Shown here in pieces: positions 1 through 16,387 of a DNA stretch of 64,000 bases (positions are counted from its first letter, which is position 1; each line of letters starts with the position of its first letter). The notes beneath the pieces are model-generated. The model was not told the DNA's origin. It saw only the letters and a program-made list of their open reading frames with translations, and searched no databases. The position numbers and the translations under genes were made by a program. Origin of the DNA: the human T2T-CHM13v2.0 reference genome, Homo sapiens; assembly GCF_009914755.1 (NCBI RefSeq), contig NC_060938.1; one strand, written 5' to 3'.

Positions 1-14
1 GCCACTGAGGATAT

Positions 15-285
15 GAACTAGATTTTGACTTCAGGCTGTTTACCCCAGAACCTGTGCTTTCAACCGTCATTTGTACTGCTTCCCTAAATTACACTTGAGT
101 ACACTGTGACATCAAATTTCACCTATGACACTGATTATCTGGGGAACTTTGCAACTTATTCTGAATATGACTCAGTTTTCTTTTCTGTACAGAGGTAAAG
201 TCAGTATATACTCCATAGATTTGTTATAAGGATTATATGACACAAGAGAAGGCTTTAAAAGGACTTGGAAAGCAATAAGCTTTTT
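15..285. mobile_element. Two degenerate MIR (ancient SINE) fragments: ~15-80 on minus, ~130-285 on plus
   Basis: ctcagttttcttttctgtacag...ctccatagatttgttataaggattatatga resembles the MIR core (ctcagtttcctcatctgtaaa...cctcatagggttgttgtgaggattaaatga). ccagaacctgtgctttcaacc resembles the reverse complement of the MIR 5' end. Confidence 0.55.
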
Positions 286-1869
286 TGTTTTCAATCATTT
301 TTCAATAGGTTATCAGTGTTGTGAATGGTTCATGAAAAATGACTTTGGGCTCAGTGAGTAACTGAAATGTTGTTGTTTAATAGTGTGTTTAATATTAATA
401 TAATAGTAACAAATGTTGTTATTGTTGAGTAATAGTTATTTGGCTTTTCGCTGCTTTTCTTTTCTAGTGTTTTAGTCAGAGACTTCTTAAGTCTCCTCAA
501 GTGTGTACACATTTCTTAAATTTGTTAGAAAGTACCAAATTTAAGATATCTTGCATTTTTTTCTTCCTTAGTAAACACTAAATTCCATCACGCAGCAGAA
601 AAAGGGCTCTGTTATTGTCGGTACAATGGTTTAATATTCACTTTTATTCCCTATATCATAGTTCTGATTTAATTACTATTTAGAATAAAACTTGTTCCTT
701 ATTATATGCATTCATAATTATAAAATTTGTGTTTTAATGCCTTCTACAAATATACTGTGCTTTTCTTTATTTCCTTATATCTTTTACTGTTGCATGATCC
801 TGGTATTTGAAATCTCATTAAGTGTTGTTTGGGGATTTGCTGGGAATGTCATCTACATAGTAATGTCTCAAGTTTGTAGCATCTTTAAAACATAATAGGA
901 GATGGAATTCACAGCAGAGTAATAAGCCTCCCACTTTAGGCAATATATTTGTGATTGACATGACTTTATTCCCAGAGGGCAGTTAGCAACACAATATTAT
1001 GGCTATGTGTACAAGGAAAACAAATTTTAAAAATCTCCTTTAAAAAAAAACAGTTCCCAATCCTAACCAGTATCATGCACAGAATCCGTTTCCACCTCTT
1101 CATATGGAAGCAGCTCTGGGTGGACATCTAGAAAGTTGGATAACTATTTATCACATATGATCTGCAAAGGGAGAGATTTACAAGAAAGTATTAAATTTGA
1201 TCCATAGGAAAGCAAAATCAAAAATCAATGAATTTTCCATTTGTAGTTTTCCCTAGGGGCTCTACTCTCAAGATGGCTTAAATGCATTAGAATTCAATGA
1301 CTAGGCACAATTGTTTGTTAGTGACATAAAAGCAAGGTAAGCATTTCTGCTTTATGAGTCCAAGCACAGGGACACTTGGTTTTCTTTGGAAGGATATCAT
1401 AAAGGCAATGTTTATGAGTAATCCCTCATTGTCTTTTCTTCTGTAGCATTCAATGCTATGTACTAAAATTTAGAAATGAAAACTACTTAAAGACCACCTG
1501 CTAAGTTTCATGCATTTCAAATTCTCAGATCCTGAGTGTTTAAATATGTCTGTATTTCTTCATGAAAAAAACATAATCTTTGCCAAGTTAGAAAAAGAAA
1601 AACTCATATTCCCATTTTTAACTAAAGGTAATCAGAAATTTGGACAGTTTTTAGCCTTCAATACATTATGTAATTTGGGTAACAGGCTGAATAAAAGTAA
1701 GGAACTTCAGTTAAATTCAGAGAGAAGCTAGTAATTATTTCTAAGACTCAAATGTATAGAACAGATCTCTGATATTAAGGATAAGACCCTCAAAGGTGAC
1801 CCAAAATGGGTAATTGTGGGATTATTTTAGGAGGAATCATCATATATTCTTACTGCTATAAATACAGTC

Positions 1870-2240
1870 AAATGTCAGATAAATATACTCCACTGAAATG
1901 TTTTCTAGGAATGATGTTGGAACCAATGTTGGTAATTTTGAAAGTCATGGAGAGGATTTCAGATGATAGAAGTCGGGCAAATATCCCAGGTTTAATAAAT
2001 AAGCAAATGCTGAGTTCCAAAGCTGCTGTATCAATGAGCCTCATATTGATCCTGAGCACAATTTCAGAAAGGTCCATTAAATGTGTCTTTGGAGAGCACT
2101 TAGGATAAAAGGCTGGCAGCAGAGATTCACTAAGAACAATGGTGCCAAGCTTGCCTCTTTGACATTGTTATCTGACTGATAAAGGTAGTCTATAGCGGTA
2201 CACAATACAGATATTTCCAGGGTAAAGCTGTTGAGCTGCT
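1870..2240 (+). mobile_element. Ancient CR1/L3 LINE reverse-transcriptase remnant
   Basis: ORF 1806..2108 contains MLEPMLVIL...DDRSRANI...SMSLILILSTISERSIKCVFGEHL. This is collinear with the CR1 RT motifs IAEPLSIIF...EDWRRANV...PVSLTSIPGKILEQIIKQSICKHL. Downstream cagagattcactaagaacaa resembles QHGFTKNK. Confidence 0.65.
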
Positions 2241-3119
2241 GTAATTTTCCTTGCCTCTTCACTATCTTCTCCTATAGTTGACTCCCAAGGAAAAGATAGT
2301 TGACTTTTAATCTAGAAATATATGTTAATTGGCAAAAACAAAAAAATGAAACCATAAAATATCCTTTAGGCTTCTCTCTGCTCAGTTATTAGATCATATG
2401 AATGTGCCCTTAGGAAACACAGAAGGCCCACACTATTATAGAGACAAATTTCTTACATTTTCTGCTGTTTAATGCTCTTCAAAAGACTTACCATACTTCA
2501 CTAATTTGATTACCAACTACTTGAACACAGGGACCAATGTGCTTATTAAAAATTTTGCATATTATGAGGGCATTAACTTTTAAGTATTCAATTGTTAAGA
2601 CAATGCATATTATTATAAACCATAGAAGGCACACTTATTACCTCCTTAAGAACCAGTCTCTATTTCTCTGGTTCATAGATCTCCAAGGTTATAGAGGGAT
2701 TGGACATTTGTGTCTTCAATTGGCCCTCTTCAGCCCTAGGATAAATAGTGATTAATCTAAGCCAATGGTTTTCGGCTCTGTCTGACCCAATGCCTCTACT
2801 TCATAAGAAATTCTTTAAAGACCCCTTCACTATTCTAAACTATTAGTGAGAACACAATGTATGCATTCAAGTTGTTGAAAATATTAATGTTATGCTGAAG
2901 CTAACAAAGGAGAAATAATTTACTGTCAATATATAATCCAAAATGTATATAATTGTGCCAGAACATTTACATCTCAAATACAATAGAACATAATGAAATT
3001 TTCATATCTTCGCCCATACCTTGAAACATTGTAAATAAAAAGCTACAAATATAGTTTCATTGAATAACCAAATGCCAAAACTGCCATTTCTATTGTTGAC
3101 ATGATTGATCTGCATTGGC

Positions 3120-3557
3120 AAATGTAATAGATACTTTCTGTTTGGCCCTTGTCCCCTGTTATACTCCCCTATTTACTGGCTTTTGTCCAAGTGGAATGGT
3201 CCATATTGAATATCTCCATCGGTTCCCTTGCTCATTGCCTTCTATGCATGTTCATGAGATTAAAGGGAAGGAGGAAATGGGATTGGGGGTTATTGCCTAA
3301 ACTCCCTCTCTGCTAGGTCTCCTTGACCAATCTTTTTCATAAGAAAATTAGTGTTTCCTTCTGTGATCAGGGCAGTTTACTCCCCAGAACTCTGCCTGCC
3401 ACTGCTAACCCAGAGTTATTGTGGCGTGTGATTTCTGTGATTCCTTCACCCTTCTCCCCTGACATTTTCGTAAGTAGTCTCTTTGGAAATAAACCCATGT
3501 TAAATTATCTTAGTTTGTGTGTGTTCTATTTTTCCTATTGAGACTCTGAAATGAGTA
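3120..3557 (+). mobile_element. Degenerate ERVL-class LTR (LTR33-like)
   Basis: gagattaaagggaaggagg...ggggttattgcctaaactccctctctgctagg and the 3' part aataaacccatgttaaattatcttagtttgtgtgtg...ttcctattgagactctga resemble LTR33. Boundaries are approximate. Confidence 0.45.
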
Positions 3558-4066
3558 TCTAAATGAAAAAATCTACCATCTTTTCTCATATACATAGTAG
3601 TTTCATTCTTGCAAAATTCATGGCATATTAAAACCATGCAAAAGTACTTGGCACTTAGGCAGTTACATTTGGGATTGTATAATTAAACAAAGCAGGTTAT
3701 TCACCTTCATTACATTAGAAAGTCATTCAGGACATACAGCAATCCTTAATTAGGAGCGGCTATCCCATGTTACTGGACATATGGCATCCCTGTTTTCCAA
3801 TCCTTAAAGTTTTTCCTTAAAGTATCAAAATGCCGTCACTTATTATTTCCTGCCATTGAATTTTGTCAGATGAAGTTGTAAGGCTGGGAATGCCATAGCC
3901 ATCTTGAAAACATAGGTAGAAAGATAAGAGAATCACAAAGAAGTGGATCATGTTGAATTAACTAAGCATTGATACCATCTATTTGTTGTGTGATTTGGTC
4001 AAAGTTGCTCCTTGTTTTTTTCTTCAATTAGTTGACTATTCTGTTACTTGAAGCTAAAAACATTTT

Positions 4067-4375
<309 letters not shown>

Positions 4376-4478
4376 AAAAACATTTTAACCAATAGCAAAG
4401 CACATTATTTCATTACATTTTTTCAAAAGTTGCCAGTAATTTCAATTAAAAATATTATATAACATGTTTAATGCAATA

Positions 4479-4822
4479 CAAATGCTTTTCAATGTACAAT
4501 GGGGTTAAGTCTTGATAAGCTGATTATAAATTGAAAATACAGTAAGTTAAAAATGTATTTAATACCTAACTTACTGAATATCACAGCTTAGCCTGGCATA
4601 CCTTTAATGTGCTCAGAACACTTACATCAGCTGACAATTGGACAAAATCATTGAATACAAAACCCGCTTTATAATAAAGTATTGGATATTTTATGTAATT
4701 TGTTGAATATTGTACTGAAAGTGAAAAGCAGAATGGTTATATTCTATTCAAAGCTATCAATTTTGCTTCATCATAAAGTAAAAAAATCATAAATTGAACC
4801 ATTATCAGTTGTTGACCATCTG
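4479..4822 (+). mobile_element. MER47-type Tigger (TcMar) non-autonomous DNA transposon
   Basis: Follows MER47A along its length (cagcttagcctggcatacctttaatgtgctcagaacacttacat...actgaaagtgaaaagcagaatggtt). Ends are ta|caaatg and catctg. Confidence 0.8.
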
Positions 4823-4946
4823 TGTATATGTATGTGTGTGTGTACCTATATAAACATGTATGTTTATATATATATTTGTGTGTGTATATAACCTCGGTGT
4901 GTGTGTATGTGTGTTTGAGAGAGTGTGTCTGTGTGTGTGTGTGTAT
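4823..4946. repeat. Degenerate (TG)n/(TA)n microsatellite
   Basis: Visible tgtg/tata runs abutting the MER47 end. Confidence 0.85.
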
Positions 4947-6297
4947 GAAATTGTAGGGAAGTAAAATTTCTTATCTTATAGATATAGCATGTTAACATGT
5001 TGGTACCTATCCTCCTGAGATGTAAAATTTTACATGGATAGATGTGTACATTTACAGTTGTACACAAAGAGAAACATATTCTGTAGGCTCTTTGTTTTTC
5101 TGCAGTTTCATTCAACACTATCTGGTTTATATGGGTGATTACATATATAATGCTAGGATGAAGGTTCTTCTCTATAACTTTGAAACTTCCTTGATTATCA
5201 ACCCTTGGTATATTCTTAGAATAGGATTTTATTTTAGAATTAAGATCCTTGTTTCAGGACTCTAGACTGTTAACACACAGAGCCAATAATTATTCAGAAT
5301 GGTTGGGTTAGTTCACATTCCCACAGAGGAGACATCAAATGTCCAGGCTGCACAGCCTCATTAACACTAGATTTTCTGGACATTTTATATAGTATTTCAT
5401 CTGATATAAAAAGTAGAATTCTAATTTGGTTAAGGTTGTTAATTTATTTTTACATTTTTAGTCATTATGAAAATGTGTTACTATATGAAAAGCCAGGAAA
5501 GGGTTTTTTTTTTTTTAAGGTAGTACTTCAGAAATATTTATGATACTTAATTTTTAAAAATTAACTCTAAAAGAATCTTGAAATGTCTGTTTAATAAAAT
5601 AGGACATAAATACTGGTCACATTAGTGAAAAATATTTGTTTAAAATTAAAATATCTGCAGCAATCCTGTAGATATTAATAAGTTTTTAAAGAATGACATC
5701 TTCAAAATATAACTGTTCTAAACTAATATGTCTCCATTAATACATATAGATACATATATCTAAATAAATTTGAAGACTTCAAATTCAAGGTACAATATAA
5801 TTTTTTTCTATCCTTTGATTTGTCATTCAGGATTTTGTAATTTGAACAGAAATATTTTGCCCTAACCACAGGTCTGTCTTTTCTCTTACTAAAAATATTA
5901 TTTTATGTAAAATTGTTTTAAAGGTCAGTTTGCACGTTTGAAAAGCATCTTGTACAATGTTACATAATATATTGCATATTTGGTTACATTGTTTTAACTG
6001 TGTAAATATGGTTTAAATCTGTGATGCTCTTTAGTGATGATCATGATGCAAATCAAATTTGTCTGTATAAAAGGCTCCTGTTAATTTTTTTTATTATACT
6101 TTAAGTTTTAGGGTACATGTGCACAACGTGCAGGTTTGCTACATATGTACACATGTGCCATGTTGGTGTGCTGCACCCATTAACTCCTCATTTAACATTA
6201 GGTATATCTCCTAATGCTATCCCTACCCCCTCCACCCACCCCACAACAGTCCCCGGTGTGTGATGTTCCCCTTCCTGTATCCATGTTTCCTCATTGT

Positions 6298-10122
<3,825 letters not shown>

Positions 10123-10185
10123 TATGATGTTAGCTGGTTATTTTCCTCGTTAGTTTATGCAGTTTCTTCCTAGCCTTGATGGTCT

Positions 10186-11201
10186 TTACAATTTGGCGTG
10201 GTTTTACAGTGGCTTGTACCAGTTGCTCCTTTCCATGTTTAGTGCTTCCTTCAGGAGATCTTTTAGGGCAGGCCTGGTGGTGACAAAATCTCTCAGCATT
10301 TGCTTGTCTGTGGAGCATATTATTTCTCCCTCACTTATGAAGGTTAGTTTGGCTGGATATGAAATTCTGGGTTGAAAATTCTTTCCTTTAAGAATGTTGA
10401 ATATTGGCCCCTACTCTCTTCTGGCTTGTAGAGTTTCTGCAGAGAGATCAGCAGTTAGTCTGATGGGCTTCCTTTTGTGGGTAACCCGACCTTTCTCTCT
10501 GGCTGCCTTTAAAATTTTTTCTTTCATTTCAACTTTGGTGAATCTGACAATTATGTGTCTTGGAATTGCTCTTCTCAAGGAGTATCTTTGTGGCATTCTC
10601 TGTATTTCCTGAATGTGAATGTTGGCCTGCCTTGCTAGATTGGGGAAGTTCTCCTGGATAATATACTGCAGAGTGTTTTCCAACTTGGTTCCATTCTCCC
10701 TGTCACTTTCAGGTAAACCAAATAGACGTAGATTTGGTCTATTGACATAGTCCCATATTTCTTGGAGGCTTTGTTCATTTCTTTTTATTCTTTTTTCTCT
10801 AAACTTCTCTTCATGCTTCATTTCATTCATTTCATCTTCCATCGCTGATACCCTTTCTTCCCGTTGATCACATCGGTTACTGAGGCTTATGCATTTGTCA
10901 TGTAGTTTTCATGCCATGGTTTTCAGCTCCGTCAGGTCCTTTAAGGACTTCTCCACATTGGTTATTCTAGTTATCTGTTCGTCTAATTTTTTTTCCAAGT
11001 TTTTAACTTCTTTGCCATTGGTTCGAACTTCCTCCTTTAGCTCGGAGTACTTTGATCTTCTGAAGTCTTCCTCTCTCAACTCGTCAAAGTCATTCTCCGT
11101 CCAGCTTTGTTCCATTGCTGGTGAGGAGTTGCATTCCTTTGGAGGAGGATAGGCACTCTGATTTTTAGAGTTTCCTGTTTTTCTGCTCTGTTTTTCCCCA
11201 T
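10186..11201 (-). pseudogene. L1 ORF1 (RNA-binding protein), disrupted
   Basis: Pieces EQSWTENDFDELREEDFRRS and EQSLQEIWDYVNRPNLRL...PIRLTADLSAETLQARRE. The ATG at 11201 is followed by a 5-A run instead of 6, giving an early frameshift. Confidence 0.92.
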
Positions 11202-12217
11202 CTTTGTGGTTTTATCTACCTTTGGTCCTTGATGATGGTGACATACAGATGGGGTTTTGGTGTGGATGTCCTTTCTGTTTGTTAGTTTTCCTTCTAACAG
11301 TCAGGACCCTCAGCTGCAGGTCTGTTGGAGTTTACTGGAGGTCTCCTCCAGACACTATTTGCCTGGGGGGTATCAGCAGTCGTGGCTGCAGAACAGTGGA
11401 TATTGGTGAACTGCAAATGCTGCTGCCTGATCGTTCCTCTGGAAGTTTTGTCTCAGAGGGGTACCCGGCCATGTGAGGTGTCAGTCTGCGCCTACTGGGG
11501 GGTGCCTCCCGGTTAGGCTACTCGGGGTTCAGGGACCCACTAGGTGGGGGTTGTCTGCCCGTTCTGAGATGTCAAGCTGCGTGCTGGGAGAACCACTACT
11601 CTCTTCAAAGCTGTCAGACAGGGACATTTAAGTCTGCAGAGGTTATTGCTGTCTTTTGTTGGTCTGTGCCCTGCCCCCAGAGGTGGAGCCTACAGAGGCA
11701 GGCTGGCCTCCTTGAGCTGTGGTGGGCCACCCAGTTCGAACTTCCTGGCTGCTTTGTTTACTTACTCAAGCCTGAGCAATGGCGGGCGCCCCTCCCCCAA
11801 CCTCACTGTTACCTTGCAGTTTGATCTCAGACTGCTGTGCTAGCAAACAGCGAGGCTCTGGGGGTGTAGGACCCTCCAAGCCAGGTGCTGGATATAATCT
11901 CCTGGTGTGCCATTTGATAAGCCTGTTGGAAAAGCGCAGTATTAGGGTGGGAGTGACCTGATTTTCCAGGTGCCATCTGTCACCCCTTTATTTGACTAGG
12001 AAAGGGAATTCCCTGACCCCTAGTGCTTCCCAGGTGAGGTGATGCCTTGCCCTGCTTTGGCTCATGCATGGTGCGCTGCAACCACTGTCCAGCACTCCCC
12101 AGTGAGATGAACCTGGTACCTCAGTTGGAAATGCAGAAATCACCCGTCTTCTGCATCACTCACGCTGGGAGCTGTAGACTGGGGCTGTTCCTATTCGGCC
12201 ATCTTGGCTCCACCCTC
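11202..12217 (-). promoter_or_regulatory. L1 5'UTR: sense promoter (minus) and antisense promoter (plus), YY1 motif intact
   Basis: Complete 5'UTR with the caagatggccg YY1 motif (reverse complement ~12196-12206). Many CpGs have decayed to TpG/CpA, so activity is unknown. Confidence 0.7.
11779..11961 (+). pseudogene. L1 antisense ORF0 homologue, 60 aa, prematurely terminated
   Basis: MAGAPPPTSLLPCSLISDCCASKQRGSGGVGPSKPG...IRVGVT matches primate L1 ORF0 (MAGAPPPASLPPCSLISDCCAS...). Good Kozak context gcaATGg. The stop TGA is at the position of a consensus CGA (Arg). Confidence 0.85.
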
Positions 12218-13573
12218 TAATTTTTAAATTTCAAAAGATTAGATACATTTACCCTCCTCTGAATTTTAATTCCTGATGGAAAGATTGTGAAATCTCAAGA
12301 GGATAATGAATCAGCTTCTGATTATATTCTGGAATTGCTATTTGATCACACATCCAAGAATGCGTATTCACTTTCCTTTACATTACACACATGCATAATA
12401 CCATGCTGAGTGATGCTGGAAAAAGTGAGTCTTCAGTAATGCCCTCATGAAATTACAGTCTCACTACACTGAGGTATTTTCTTTTTAACCCTTTCTTTCT
12501 TTTCTGCTGTGAATATGTGCCTTCTAAGAGGTGAACAACGGGAAAAACTGAAAAAGATCCTTCATCTAATTCAGTAACTAGTTTTTGTATCTTCTAAGAA
12601 TTTTTATCTCCAGAAAGCTCTAATTTTCATTCCTTTACAAGCTTTATTTCTCTCTCCTTTCCAACACCAGACTTTGCTCTGTTTGTTTTCTATATCTTTT
12701 TTAGAGATGCCTACAATAGAAAAAATCTATGACATATTCAATACATCTGAAAAGTTTACATTGCCATAGATAAGAATGAATTATCTGTTTATAAAGAAAA
12801 AACAATAAAAATATGAACCAAGAAAGCACAGAAGGTAGTAACCACATTTAGATGTTTATCATGGAATCATCTTTATAATCCATCTGTTACAATTCCACAC
12901 AGCAAATTACAAGTAATTGTGAAGTTTCCCCTCATTTTATAGGTTTGGTCTTATAAGGCATACAACACAAATTTTAATTACTTTTCTTTTTGGTATTTGG
13001 ATCTTAATTTGGTCAAGTGGCCACTGGGTAGATGATGGAGCCTCTTGAGACATACAGTCTTCTTCTAGCTTTGTTGATGTGAATATTACTGTGCATTTTT
13101 CATTCACTTATTATTTTACAAGGCATGCTTCATTAAAAATATATCAGCATCTCATTGACAAATCACAAAATTTAAAAGGCACCAGAAAAAAACAATTTAT
13201 TTAAAACATTCCTGTGTAAAAGTAGTCACCACTCTTACTATTCTTCAAATATTTTTATTATATTTAAAAACAAGCCTAGTTTTATCTCGAGTGTCTGACC
13301 TTGATGATATTGTACATTTTAAACTTAGAAAAATTGAACTCTATTGGAAATTTCCTACAGATCAGCTTTTCTAGATGCCAAGCGCCTTGTTTCAGCCATG
13401 GTGATGACAGCAAATTGGGTTCTCAGGGATTCTGGCCTCTGGCATCATCTCAGTTGTTTATAATTGAAGTTGGGTCTGATGAGAACGCAGCTTAGATGCA
13501 TGGTGGGACTGCTGGGCTTAAGGCTGGCCTGCCAGGAGGTTGCATTGAGGTGTAACTAGGCAAAGAAAGAAGG

Positions 13574-14023
13574 AGTTTATTGAGGCATTACTGACAATAG
13601 CAAAGACTTGGAACCAACCCAAATATCCAACAATGATAGACTGGATTAAGAAAATGTGGCACATATACACCATGGAATACTATGCAGCCATAAAAATGAT
13701 GAGTTCATGTCCTTTGTAGGGACATGGATGAAGCTGGAAACCATCATTCTCAGCAAACTATCACAAGGACAAAAAAACAAACACCACATGTTCTCACTCA
13801 TAGGTGGGAATTAAACAATGAGAACACATGGACACAGGAAGAGGAACAGCACACACTGGGGCCTGTTGTGGGGTGAAGGGCTAGGGGAGGGAAAGCATTA
13901 GGATATATACCTAATGTAAATGACGAGTTAATGGGTGCAGCACACCAACATGTCACATGTATACATATGAAACGAACCTGCACGTTGTGCACATGTGCCC
14001 TAGAACTTAAAGTATAACACAAA
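13574..14023 (+). mobile_element. 5'-truncated L1PA (L1PA4/5-like) 3' end
   Basis: End of ORF2 plus 3'UTR to cttaaagtataa. Candidate TSD aaagaagg at 13566-13573 and 14024-14031. Confidence 0.93.
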
Positions 14024-14694
14024 AAAGAAGGGGTTGGGCAAAATTACCAACAATCTTCAACTATGAATTTGTATGAGTAGGGGCTTCCCACACCATCAGG
14101 CACTCCAAGTTGGAGAAACAAGGGATGTTGAATTGAAAGTTTAATTTTTTAGGCTTGATAGTCAGATTAGGGAAGTTTTGGGTACACCTTTCCCACTCTA
14201 GAGCCCTCTCCCTAACTCAGGGCCAATTTGGGACATGGGCTCAATGGAAAAGAGTGCCTAGATCAATTAGAAATATCCATCATGAACATAGGAGGCAGGC
14301 ATTCTGGCCAAGGGGGTGCATCTTCCCACTTTGTAATCCAGAGAGCGATTTCTTCTTGCTATCTGTCCCTCCATAAATAAGCGTTGGGTGAAGGACAAGC
14401 TAGTTACCATTGAGGATGGAATGAAATTCTACCAGAATTGCAAAATGAACTGAGAGCCACGAAAGTGTTCCTCTGTGAACCAGCAGAGAGATCTGTGGAA
14501 GGCAAAGGAAGAGGAGCCAAGAGGCCAGATAACATTCCTGCTTCCCCTACATTGTGAGAGTGAAATTGTCAGCAACCTATATCAGTAATTAACCAGAGGC
14601 TTTTTGGAGAGTAAGACTTCTGATAGATACCTCAATAGCTGAAGTTGCTCTTCAGTACTGCACATAACCTGTGGACAGATTTTCATCGTTATTA

Positions 14695-14830
14695 ATTCAT
14701 TTATTCAACAGATAGATATTAAATTCAAGGCATAGTTCTAAACTATGCAGTCAATTACAAAAAAATAATAATGAAGGACATTAGCTCTGCCTCATAGGAC
14801 GTTAAAACTCTAGCTGCTAAATGAGACAAA
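14695..14830 (-). mobile_element. L2 3'-end fragment
   Basis: ttcatttattcaacagata...aggcatagttcta...ctctgcctcataggacgttaaaactctag resembles the antisense L2 terminus. Confidence 0.55.
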
Positions 14831-15631
14831 TAGGGTTCCCACATCAAGTGCCTGGGCTCCTGTTATAACCTGGACTCTGCTTCCATTGGCTTCTCTTGTT
14901 TCTGTTTTGATAAACCCATCATTTGGCTTAGTCCCTACCCTTTCCATGCTCACCCACCAGTAGGTGGACCTCCTTGACCATAACTACAGACATAGATCTT
15001 TGATTGTTTCTTTTCAAATGTTTGCTTACTTTAGAGGTGCAGTCAAATGTTGTTTGGACCATAAGACTCTGAGGCTGTGTGTGGTTGAAACTGTCTTGAG
15101 ACTCAAAGAGCTATTGAGGAAGGGATTTGATAGCTGAACTCTTTTGAAGATTTTCTCTGTCTCTCACACATCTGGGGCTGAATAGCTTAACGTTTAATTT
15201 CTACATCGACGATAGTTTAATAGCCATTCATGCAAATCAGTTCTGCTGTGAGTTATTATCCTACTCCAATACCAAGTAACACATTCCTTAAATTTAGTGT
15301 ATGTATAAATTCTACATGGTAAGTGAAGCTGTCTTTATGAATTGCTGCTATAGAATATACTAGATTGTGTAGGTTTTAGTACAATCCAGGTAATTATCAA
15401 GCCTTTGTAATATTTTCAGGAAAGTGATCCTTTCACTTCAGTTTATGGAACTTGAAAATTTTTTAGTTGCCACCGACTAGTTAGATCATAAACTTAATTC
15501 TATGTATCTGAATTTATTTTTCTATTTATAAATTTATCTGGATGCTTTCTCAAAGGTTTCTCAGTTTAAAAACCTATGGCTTTGTAAAATTAAAACAGAA
15601 GTAATAGGAATTGTGTTAAAAAACAGAATCA

Positions 15632-15939
15632 GGCCAAGCCTGGTGGCTTATGCCTCTAATGCCAACACTTAGGGAGGCCAAGGCGGGAGGATAATTTGAG
15701 GTCAGGAGTTCAAGACCAGCCTGGACAACATGGCAAAACCCCACATGTATTAAAAAAATACACAAATTAGCTGGGCGTGGTGGTGAATGCCTTTAGTCCT
15801 AGCTACTCAGGAGGCTAAGGCAGGAGAATAGCTTGAACCTGGGAGGCTGAGGTTGCAGTGAGCCAAGATAGAGCCACTGCATTCCAGCCTGGGTGACAGA
15901 GTGAGATCCTGTCTTAAAAAAAAGGAAAAAAGAAAAAGA
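15632..15939 (+). mobile_element. Alu (AluJb/Sz-like), full length
   Basis: Both arms and an A-rich tail. 14-bp TSD aaaaaacagaatca at 15618-15631 and 15940-15953. Confidence 0.96.
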
Positions 15940-16002
15940 AAAAAACAGAATCATACAATGAGAGAGATTGTATAGCCCTTTTAATTGTCCATAATGGATA
16001 CA

Positions 16003-16075
16003 TTTCTTTTTCTGTGTAATAGTTTATCAGCATGAAAATTTTCTTTTTCTGTGTAATAGTTTATCAGCATGAAAA
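16003..16075. repeat. Perfect 36-bp tandem duplication (period 37)
   Basis: tttctttttctgtgtaatagtttatcagcatgaaaa at 16003-16038 and 16040-16075. Confidence 0.95.
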
Positions 16076-16089
16076 AAAAGAGTCACTGA

Positions 16090-16387
<298 letters not shown>

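Noticed and set aside
15885-15914. 3' end of the Alu at 15632 matches ~30 nt of the cassette consensus exactly, suggesting it as donor
   Set aside because: These are common CpG-decay and point variants among ~1 million Alus, the orientation is opposite, and the adjacent bases (gccaagatagagcc) differ from the cassette.
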